NCBI GenBank assembly: GCA_963707175.1
Contig: CAVPQA010000033.1
Coordinates: 30,443-94,442 of the forward strand
Source: an uncultured Alphaproteobacteria bacterium
GTDB lineage: Bacteria > Pseudomonadota > Alphaproteobacteria > Rhizobiales > Xanthobacteraceae
Reading direction: 5' to 3'
Length of the DNA stretch: 64,000 nt
The translations under genes and the position numbers were made by a program. Shown piece by piece: positions 37,594 to 45,744 of this stretch (the first letter of the stretch is position 1; each line of letters starts with the position of its first letter). The notes below the pieces were generated by a model. That model was not told the DNA's origin, searched no databases, and saw only the letters and a list, made by a program, of their open reading frames with translations.

Positions 37594-38685
37594 TCATACG
37601 TTCAGCCCTGCGCGGTTCTTGGCCTTCAGTTCGGCGATGCCGGAAATGGTCTCGTTCGACAGCGGCAGGTCGACCGGCTCGTTGCGGTCGGCCGACAGGT
37701 CGGCGGCGCTGTAGGTTTCCATGACGCGCCGCGCGCTTTCCGGCGTCACCATCACGGCGGTGTCGCGGATGCAGGCTTCGAGGAAATGGATGGTCTCGGG
37801 CCCGATGCCGCCGGCGAACACGTGATCGACCCATTCGCCCGGCATGGTCGACATCGGAAATTCCTGGCCGCGTTTCTCCGTGTTGAGCCAGTTGTCGCGC
37901 TGGGTGTCGTCGAGAAACAGCGAGCCGTCGGTGCCGGTGACCTCGATCCAGGTGGCGCAATAATTCGGATAGCTCGGCGGCAGATTCCAGCCGCCGCCGA
38001 TCATCACCACGACGCCGTTATCCATCGTCACGGTGGTGAACATCACGTCGTGCGAGCCGTTGATCGACTGCATGTAGCCATAGGCGCCCTGGCTGTAGAC
38101 GCGCACCGGCTTGGCCGGCTCCAGCAGCCAGAACACGAAATCGAGATCGTGGGTCGATTCCATTACCACGGGGGAGAGCCGGACCCGGCTTGCGATCTTC
38201 TTGCCAAGCTCGCGCGACAGATGGCGGCTCACCAGCACCGACACGACGTTGCCGAGCGTGCCGTCATTGATCTTCTTCTTGGCGAAAGCGATTTTCGGAT
38301 TGAAGCGCTGCGAATAGCCAATGGTGAATTTCAGATTGTTGCGCCTGGCCAGCTGGATCAGCTCGTCGGCCTCCCACAGTTCGAGCGCGATCGGCTTCTC
38401 CAGCATCACGTTCTTGCCGGCCCGCAGGCAGTCGCGCGCGATCGGATAATGGTTGGCTTCCGGCGTGGTCGACACATAGACGACGCGGATAGCGTCGTTC
38501 TTGATGATGTCCTGATAGTCGAGCGTCGAGCTTGCCGGCTTGTAGAGCCGCGTCACCTCGGCGAGCCGGTCGGGCTTGATGTCGCACAGGTGCAGTTTCT
38601 CGACCAAAGCCGTGCGCGACAACGTGTCGGCGCGCAAGCCCCCGATCCAGCCGACGCCGATGACTGCTGCTTCTACGGTGCGCAC
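37594..38685 (-). CDS. Gfo/Idh/MocA-family NAD(P)-dependent oxidoreductase (second copy)
   Basis: GTG start at 38685. Rossmann motif AAVIGVGWIGG and the EKP motif MLEKPIALE. Confidence 0.8.
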   Translation of the reverse strand: MRTVEAAVIGVGWIGGLRADTLSRTALVEKLHLCDIKPDRLAEVTRLYKPASSTLDYQDIIKNDAIRVVYVSTTPEANHYPIARDCLRAGKNVMLEKPIALELWEADELIQLARRNNLKFTIGYSQRFNPKIAFAKKKINDGTLGNVVSVLVSRHLSRELGKKIASRVRLSPVVMESTHDLDFVFWLLEPAKPVRVYSQGAYGYMQSINGSHDVMFTTVTMDNGVVVMIGGGWNLPPSYPNYCATWIEVTGTDGSLFLDDTQRDNWLNTEKRGQEFPMSTMPGEWVDHVFAGGIGPETIHFLEACIRDTAVMVTPESARRVMETYSAADLSADRNEPVDLPLSNETISGIAELKAKNRAGLNV

Positions 38686-38761
38686 CGCGCGGTTCCCCCC
38701 GGTTTATGTCGGGCGCATAACAACCATGGCGCGGCGGGGTGTGCAACGCTTTATCCGTCGC

Positions 38762-38855
38762 CCTGAGGTGCGAGCGCAGCGAGCCTCGAAGGGCGACGGC
38801 CCGTGATTCCTCGGCCGCATCCTTCGAGGCTCGCCCTGCGGGCGAGCACCTCAGG
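38762..38855. repeat. Nested-palindrome REP-like element, family copy A
   Basis: The outer inverted repeat pairs CCTGAGGTGC with GCACCTCAGG. The inner one pairs GAGCCTCGAAGG (38781-92) with CCTTCGAGGCTC (38821-32). Same architecture as 52419-52514. Confidence 0.75.
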
Positions 38856-39621
38856 ATGAAGGAATTGGCGCGGCGCCAAACACCCTCCGGGCAAACTCCG
38901 GATAGACCTCGGCCAGCATTGGGGCGACGACGGTGCGCATGAGCTGCAGCGTCTCGGCCGACGGGGGTAGCGTCACCGGCACCTCGGCGGGCCGGTCGAA
39001 CTCAAAGCCGGTATTCTCCATCACCTCGTCGACGCTGTGGCCGGGATGGACGCTGGCGAGGCGAAAGCGCGCGCGGACGCGGTCGAAATCGAACAGGCAG
39101 CGGTTGGTGACGAGCCCCACCGGGCCGCCTGAGCGAGACACGTTGCCGGGACTGCCGCCGGGCGCGCTGATGAAGTCGACCTTGGGCACCAAGGTGCGGC
39201 GCGAGTGTTCGGTGCGGAACAGGATCACCTTCGGTACGACATAATAAAGGTAGGCGGAGCCGAATGAGCCGGGGAAGCGCGCCTTGGGATGCTCGTAGTC
39301 GCCGACCGTCACGAGATTGATGTTGCCTTGGCCGTCGATCTGGCCACCGGAGAGAAAGAACACGTCGACGCGGCCTTGGCCGGCGCAATCGAACAGTTCG
39401 CGCGCGCCGTCGGTGAAGAAGGTATGGTCGCGGCTGCCAAGGAGCGATACATAGGGCCGGCTCGCGCTGTTGTTCAGATTGGCGCGCTCGCGCGCCAGCA
39501 GCGCCGCCGTCGCCGGGATCGGCGACTGCGCGCCGACCGCGATGTGGCGCACGTCGCCGATCAGCCGGCAGATCGTATCGGCGAGCAGCTCTTCGTCGCG
39601 GAAGGTCGTTTCAGAGGACAT
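38851..39621 (-). CDS. CoA-transferase family I, subunit B-like
   Basis: 256 aa. Motifs LSGGQIDGQGNINL and FPGSFGSAY are typical of 3-oxoacid/glutaconate CoA-transferase beta subunits. Located downstream of the A subunit. Confidence 0.7.
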   Translation of the reverse strand: MSSETTFRDEELLADTICRLIGDVRHIAVGAQSPIPATAALLARERANLNNSASRPYVSLLGSRDHTFFTDGARELFDCAGQGRVDVFFLSGGQIDGQGNINLVTVGDYEHPKARFPGSFGSAYLYYVVPKVILFRTEHSRRTLVPKVDFISAPGGSPGNVSRSGGPVGLVTNRCLFDFDRVRARFRLASVHPGHSVDEVMENTGFEFDRPAEVPVTLPPSAETLQLMRTVVAPMLAEVYPEFARRVFGAAPIPSS

Positions 39622-39638
39622 TGAGCGGGAATGACGAT

Positions 39639-40487
39639 TTACGCCGCGACTTTTTCATAGACATACCGATCGAGATATTGCGCGAAACCTTCAGGCGTGG
39701 CCGCGAGCCGGGCGTATTCCGTCATGTGAGCGGCGTCGCTGCCGTAATAGTCCGGCAGCGGCAGCGGCCAGGCGCCGCGCGGTTCGACCGCGACCGCCTC
39801 GACATAGAAGCCGGGCAGCGTCCCGGCCGCGAGCAGCGGATCGCGAATGAGATCGCCGTCGTGGATTTTCTCCACGGTGACGACGGTCTTGCGCGCGGCA
39901 TGCGCCATGACAACCAGTTCGCGCTGCGTGCCGATGAAAACATTGCCGGCGCGATCGGCTATCGGTGCATGAAACAATGCCACGTCGGGCCTGAGCGCCG
40001 GCAGCAGCACGATCGGATCGGCACCGCTGGAGGAGCCACCACTGGAAGAGTTTTGGCCGAACGGATTGTCGATCGTCTTCCAGTCGGGACGATGCGCCAG
40101 GACATCGGAGCCAATCAGGCCGCGCAGCGGCATGAACGGTACGCCCTTCTCGGCCGCCTGAAACTGCGCGTGCAGCGCCGGGCAGGTAGCGTCGCGTATC
40201 CGGACTGCGCCCGCGAGCATCGCGGCGGTAAAGCGCGGCGCCGGACCGAATTCGCCGAGACTGACCGCGGATGTTTCCAGGATTTCGATTGCGCCGGCGC
40301 CGATCAACAAATCCGCCTGCAGGCTCGATGTCGGCAGCGTGACGAGATGCAGCCGCTTGACGCCGCGGCGGATCAGCGCCCGTGTCGCCGCCATTGCCGC
40401 CCCCGAAGACTCGCGCGGCACCGCCAGCATGGCGCCGTCGCGGATCGGCGCGAGTGCTTCGTCGAGCGAACGGGCGATAACGGACAT
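39639..40487 (-). CDS. CoA-transferase family I, subunit A-like
   Basis: 282 aa. N-terminus SLDEALAPIRDGAMLAV, then a glutaconate/3-oxoacid CoA-transferase alpha-like layout. Adjacent to subunit B. Confidence 0.7.
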   Translation of the reverse strand: MSVIARSLDEALAPIRDGAMLAVPRESSGAAMAATRALIRRGVKRLHLVTLPTSSLQADLLIGAGAIEILETSAVSLGEFGPAPRFTAAMLAGAVRIRDATCPALHAQFQAAEKGVPFMPLRGLIGSDVLAHRPDWKTIDNPFGQNSSSGGSSSGADPIVLLPALRPDVALFHAPIADRAGNVFIGTQRELVVMAHAARKTVVTVEKIHDGDLIRDPLLAAGTLPGFYVEAVAVEPRGAWPLPLPDYYGSDAAHMTEYARLAATPEGFAQYLDRYVYEKVAA

Positions 40488-40500
40488 AATGGGATGTTAC

Positions 40501-40528
40501 CCCCTCTCCGCGCGCGTGGGGAGAGGGG
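40501..40528. repeat. GC-rich hairpin repeat related to the 37399 element
   Basis: CCCCTCTCC-GCGCGCGT-GGGGAGAGGGG, the same CTCTCC...GGAGAG theme. It lies between the sedolisin stop and the CoA-transferase A start. Confidence 0.55.
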
Positions 40529-40623
40529 GCGCGACTGCGATGCTCAAAGAGTTCACGCACCCGAGCCGAGCAAACCGGGCGGTCTCTTCCCGCGCGCAGT
40601 CGCGCGAAGGAAGAGGCGATGGG

Positions 40624-42274
40624 CTACGGCAGGTTTTTCAGGATTGCCGCTCCGTCGGGCGTTCCGAGACCCGTACAGGCGTCCCATCCCGGACCGGCGC
40701 TGTAGCCTTTGACCGTCGGCCCGATCGCGTTCGTTCCCGACGTGACGTCGTGCATCACCCTGCCGGCGTTGGCGTAGAGGAACGGGTTGATGAAACCGAC
40801 GCTCTTCTTTTTCGCCTGATTGAGACGCGCGATCAGAGCAGCCATCAACGGTGCCACCGCGCTGGTGCCGCCGGAAGCGCCTTCCGAGTTGTCGACACGA
40901 GTGAAATAATCCGTGGCGCTCATGGCGATATCGGGCACGCCGCGGCCCGGCTTGCCGTTGTCGATCGACACCGGCAGGTGCGCGCCTTTCTGGTAGGGCG
41001 GCACCGCGAAGAACTCGCTGATTCCGCCGCCGCTCGCCCAACCGCCGCCGCCCGGCACGTTGGGGTCGAACGGTGTGCCGTCGTTCCACACCACGTCCTC
41101 GCCGTTGTCGATTTGCGTGCCGCCGCAGCCGAGAACGAGGTCATCGCTGGCCGGATAATCGACGTGAATATTACCGTCCCAGGCGGCGGCGTCTTCATCG
41201 GCCGTGCCATGATCGCCCGACGCGATGCACACCGTGATGCCGAGCGCGCCTGCCGCGGCAAACAGCTCGTGATAGGCGGTGATGCTCTGCTGGTCGGACG
41301 CCATTTCGGGGCCGCCCCAGCTGATTGAGATCACGCTCGGTGTGCGCTGCGCGTCATGCACTGCCGCGCTGATGGCGTCGATGAAGCCCTTGTCGCCGTT
41401 GTTCGGCGCAAAGTAGACGGCGAATTTCGCCTTCGGGGCGACGGCCCCGGCAACTTCGATGTCGAGCATCACCTCGCCGTCGGCCGAATCCGGCGTCGTC
41501 GGATTGTTACCCGCATGGTCGACCGATATGGACGATACCTGCGGCGCCGGAACGCCGATCTCGTGGAAGAACACCTGCAGGTCGCTGTTGCGATAGCCGC
41601 CGCCGAGTTCAATGATGGCGATGGTCTGGCCGGTGCCGTCGAGAGTTGGTGGGAAAATTGTAGTGCTTGGCGAATTCGGTCGCGGCGACGCCGTTCTGGC
41701 CGCCCGGTCCGCTGCGCGCCGCGCGCTTGCGGCTGCCGGCGCTGGTACCGCCGTTGCGGTCGGCTTTCCTGGGCGCCGCGAAGCGGGAGCGGTGCCGATG
41801 CTTCGGCCGCGTATCGAAACCGAACACGCCGGTGACGATTCCTGCGAGCTCCTGCGGCACGGTGATTTCGCCGCGCCTGCCGCGGTACGTTCCGGTCGCA
41901 TGCTGATATATCTGCACATCCGCCGGAAATGCCGCAAGCAGATCGCCGAGCTTGCCTTTGAGCACGATCGACCGCTCCGCCGCGCTGCGGTGGACGACAG
42001 TGAGGTCGTGCTGCTGCGCAAAATGCTCGATTTTGTCGAGGTCTTCCTGCGCCGCGCCGTGATGTTCTTCCAGCTCCGCATGCGTCAGATATTTCCGTTT
42101 GGCGAGCGGCGTGCTGGCCAGTTCATAGGCCTTCTCGACCAGCGACTGGGGATCGCCCGCCGAACGGACGCGCACCGTCACGCTGGTAATTTCCACCGGA
42201 TTGATTGCACCCGCTGGGTGCGAGTTGGGCATCAATGATCGCTTGCTTCCTGGTAGGGGCACGTGGGTTGCCAT
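40624..42274 (-). pseudogene. Sedolisin (peptidase S53, kumamolisin-like) with pro-domain; one apparent frameshift
   Basis: The pro-domain frame (ATG 42274, AGGAGA RBS) runs to ...TEFAKHYNFP. The catalytic frame continues TLDGTGQTIAIIELGGG...SWGG...SGGTSAVAPLMAAL. The shift is at the GGG run 41651-53. Confidence 0.75.
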
Positions 42275-42544
42275 GACGACTCTCCTGCGTGAGGACCAAA
42301 GGGGTTGAAGCTGAAAAGTCCGCGGTTCGTCGGGCCGGACCTCGACGACGCGGCTTCCCGCGTCGTCAATGCGCAAACCTTGGTTGCGCACAGGCGTCGG
42401 CACGATGGGACAAGAGTAGGCAGCCGCGGACGCGTGTCAGTGACGCGCGTCACAGCAAACATGGATGGCTGCGCCGCGCGACGCGCCAGCAACAAAACCG
42501 TGATGTCAACGTTGTTGAGGCCGGTTGGTTTTTTGGATGAGTCT

Positions 42545-42585
42545 TGTCAAAACAAAAACACCAGCGCCGGCAGAGGCCGGCGCTG
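42545..42585 (-). terminator. Rho-independent terminator downstream of the molybdo-oxidoreductase operon
   Basis: Perfect 10-bp stem CAGCGCCGGC / GCCGGCGCTG with a 4-nt loop. On the minus strand it is followed by GTGTTTTTGTTTTG. It sits 60 nt after the stop at 42646. Confidence 0.75.
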
Positions 42586-42645
42586 AGGGGCGGGAAAATC
42601 GCGCAAGATGTAAGCCGTCTCCCTCGGCGGAAGACGGCGATCTCG

Positions 42646-44931
42646 TTACGTCAGCGCCGCCTTCACATAACTCGGCGTGAGCGGAGCGCGGCGGATGCGC
42701 ACGCCGGTAGCGTCGAACACCGCGTTGGCGATGGCGGCTGGCACCGGCCGGCTCGATGCTTCGCCTGCTCCGCTTGGCGCGATCTCCGGATGATTGATCA
42801 GCACGATGTCGACCTCGGCGGGCGCCTCGGTCATGTCGAGGATCGGGTAGGTGCGCCAGTCGACGCTGGTAACATTGCGGGTGTCGAACTTGACCTCTTC
42901 CCACAGCGTGCGGCTGGTGGCCTGCACGATGTTGTTCTCGATGGCATGATGCAGTCCGTCCGGGTTGATGATCTGGCCGCAATCGTGAGCGACGGTGAAC
43001 TTGCGCGCCCAGATTTTGCCGGTCGAACGGTCGACATCCACTTCGGCGACGACGGCGACGCGCGTCGGCCCGCGCTGCACATAGGCGATGCCGCGGCCCG
43101 AGACCTTGTCGCCGCGCTGGTCGTTGCGCGGTGACGGCCGCGATTGCCAGCCGGATTTTCCCGCCGCCGTCTTGATGACGGCGATGTCGCGCGGATCGCG
43201 CACGTAGCGCAGCCGGAATTCGACCGGGTCCACCTTCAGCGCCGCTGCAAGCTCGTCGATGAACGACTCGCTGGCGAAGTGAATCTGCGGCCCGACCGGA
43301 TCGCGCATGTGCGCGGTGCGCAGCGGCGAGGCGCGATCGAGCAGCGGTGCAATCGTCTCCCACGCCGTGCGCTTGTTGGCGAAGCCGTAGGAATTGCCGG
43401 GGAAACCGAAGCCGTCGCCCGACTTGAGGGCAACGCCGAGGTCCTGGCCGGCAAGAGTATCCTTTGGCTCGCTGCCATTGGTGTTAACGTCGATGCGGGA
43501 AAAACCCTTGCTCAGATAGTCATAGGCGACGACGTTCCCCGCGGCATCGATCGCGGCGCGCGCCTTGTGGATTGAGGCGGGCGCCTTTGGGTCCCAGGCG
43601 GTGCCCTGGTCGCGCATGTATTGTACCCGCACCGGTTTGCCGACCGCCTTGGCCAGCACCGCGGCATCCGCCGCGGCATCGTCGGCATCGCTGCGTCCGT
43701 AGGAACCGGGCCCCGTGGTCCAGATGATGTGCACATTTTCCTTCGGGATGCCGAGGATGGCGGCGACGCCCATTTGCACGAAGTGCGACTTTTGCGTGCC
43801 GCTCCAACAGGTGACGTGACTGTCCTTGATGTCGACCAGCGCACAGCCCGGACCCATGCGGGCGTGCGACTGGAACGGCCACTCGTATTCGGCCTCGATC
43901 ACCTTCGCGGCGGTCTTGAACGCGGCGTCGACGTCGCCCGTGTGCTTGCCGACTTCGCGCTTGCGCGTCGGCGCCTTGCGGATGTGATCGTACAGCCCCG
44001 GCTGATCCGGGAATGCCGGAGCCGGGTTGGACCACTCGACCTTGAGCGCACGCGCCGCCTTGATGGCGTCCCATTCGCGATCGGCGACAACACCGAGAAA
44101 GCCCTTGTCCCAAACGACCTTGGCGCCCGGAATGTCCTTGATCGAGCTGTCGTCGACCTTTGTCGGCACCGCGCCGGCGACGGCCGGCCGGATCATGCGG
44201 CCGTGCACCATGCCGGGGACTTTGACGTCCATGGCGAAGTCGGTCTGTGCAAACACCTTGCCGGCGATGTCGTCGCGCGGGATCGGCTTGCCGACGATGG
44301 TGTAGTCCTTCGGATTTTTCGGCTTGGCTTTGCCCGGCGCGTAGAGCGGGTTGCCATACTTGCCGTTCCAGTCGAGATGCACGTTGAAGAACTTGCCGCC
44401 GATGAGATCGGCGTAGCTCACCTTTTTGCTGGCATCGACGGTGCTGCTGACGACACCGTCCTTCACCGTCAGTTGGTTGGCTGGAACGCCAAGCTTCTCG
44501 GCGGCCATGCCGACCAGTACGCGCCGCGCCTCGGCGGCGGCCATGCGCATCTGCTTGCCGCCGTTCTGGACGCCGGTGGAGCCTGAGGCGCCGCCCTGAT
44601 TGACGCTGGTATCGCTGTCGCCGATGAAGATCTTCATGCTGGCGTACGGAACGTCGAGCTCCTCCGCGATCATCTGTTTGATGGCGACCGAAAGCCCCTG
44701 GCCCATGTCCATCTTGCCGAAATAGGCAGAGACAGTGCCGTCGGCGTTGACCGCGATGTAGGACGACAACTGGTCGGGAGTGAGCGGCGGTTTGGCCGCG
44801 GCCGCGGTGGCGCCCTCAGCCGCACGCGCGGCCTCGAACGTCGCCGGAGCGCCGACCGAAACGACCAGCGCGCCGCCGGCCTTGAGCAACGCGCGGCGCG
44901 AGAAATTCTTCGCTTGTTCGTGTTTGGTCAT
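42646..44931 (-). CDS. Molybdopterin-binding large subunit of an IorB/aldehyde-oxidase-type oxidoreductase, Tat-exported
   Basis: 761 aa from ATG 44931, with GGGAGG upstream. Twin-arginine signal SRRALLKAGGALVV, then a xanthine-dehydrogenase-family a/b hammerhead and MoCo-binding-like sequence. Confidence 0.8.
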   Translation of the reverse strand: MTKHEQAKNFSRRALLKAGGALVVSVGAPATFEAARAAEGATAAAAKPPLTPDQLSSYIAVNADGTVSAYFGKMDMGQGLSVAIKQMIAEELDVPYASMKIFIGDSDTSVNQGGASGSTGVQNGGKQMRMAAAEARRVLVGMAAEKLGVPANQLTVKDGVVSSTVDASKKVSYADLIGGKFFNVHLDWNGKYGNPLYAPGKAKPKNPKDYTIVGKPIPRDDIAGKVFAQTDFAMDVKVPGMVHGRMIRPAVAGAVPTKVDDSSIKDIPGAKVVWDKGFLGVVADREWDAIKAARALKVEWSNPAPAFPDQPGLYDHIRKAPTRKREVGKHTGDVDAAFKTAAKVIEAEYEWPFQSHARMGPGCALVDIKDSHVTCWSGTQKSHFVQMGVAAILGIPKENVHIIWTTGPGSYGRSDADDAAADAAVLAKAVGKPVRVQYMRDQGTAWDPKAPASIHKARAAIDAAGNVVAYDYLSKGFSRIDVNTNGSEPKDTLAGQDLGVALKSGDGFGFPGNSYGFANKRTAWETIAPLLDRASPLRTAHMRDPVGPQIHFASESFIDELAAALKVDPVEFRLRYVRDPRDIAVIKTAAGKSGWQSRPSPRNDQRGDKVSGRGIAYVQRGPTRVAVVAEVDVDRSTGKIWARKFTVAHDCGQIINPDGLHHAIENNIVQATSRTLWEEVKFDTRNVTSVDWRTYPILDMTEAPAEVDIVLINHPEIAPSGAGEASSRPVPAAIANAVFDATGVRIRRAPLTPSYVKAALT

Positions 44932-44942
44932 GACTGCCTCCC

Positions 44943-45410
44943 TTAGCCCATCATCGCGGCGGCGCGCTTGACGGCGCGCAGGATGGCCATGTGGGTGCCG
45001 CAGCGGCACTTGATGTGGGTGAGCGCGCCGCGAATTTGTTCGTCGGTCGGCTTCTTGTGGTCGCGCAAAAACGCGGCGGCGGTCATGATCCAGCCGTTGA
45101 TGCAATAGGCGCACTGCGGCACCTGTTCCTGCACATACGCGGTCTGCAGCGGATGCGGATGCTCGGGCGTGCCGAGGCCGGCGAGCGTCACAACCTTCTG
45201 GTCGCCCACGGCGGCGATCGGACGCCGGCAGGAATGGGTCGGCTTGCCGTCGAGATGCACGGTACAGGCGCCGCACTGGCCGAGCCCGCAGCCGAAATGC
45301 GGGTTGTTGAGGCCGAGATCGTCGCGCAGCACGTAGAGCAGCGGCGTATCCGGATCGGCCTCGACGGTGCGGTCGACGCCGTTGACGTTGAGGGTGAATT
45401 TTTTGCTCAT
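44943..45410 (-). CDS. [2Fe-2S]-binding small subunit (IorA-like) of the oxidoreductase
   Basis: 155 aa with two cluster motifs, CGLGQCGACTV and QCAYCINGWIM...CRCGTH. Confidence 0.85.
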   Translation of the reverse strand: MSKKFTLNVNGVDRTVEADPDTPLLYVLRDDLGLNNPHFGCGLGQCGACTVHLDGKPTHSCRRPIAAVGDQKVVTLAGLGTPEHPHPLQTAYVQEQVPQCAYCINGWIMTAAAFLRDHKKPTDEQIRGALTHIKCRCGTHMAILRAVKRAAAMMG

Positions 45411-45744
45411 GAAAACTGGACCTCCCTGGTGGGGGCGTGCAGCCGCCCGATCGCGAGTCCTTGCGGTGTTGTACGACGCCGCAGAAGGCAGGAACACTAT
45501 GCCGAAACGTGCCGCAAGGGAATGCGGTCGGCGGGCGGTTCCGCTATGCTGCGATCACAAAGGCACGATGGCAGCGCCACCATGTTTGTATCGATCGTGC
45601 TGATGGGGATCGCGTGACGAGACCCGAATTATCTCCGTCCGCTTCCGTGACCTGTCCGGCGAACAGGAGAAATTAACGTAATATCTACCCCGATCCGGTC
45701 AACTGCAGCGCAGGGGACCGCGCTGCCAGCTTCCGGGGGGTGCT

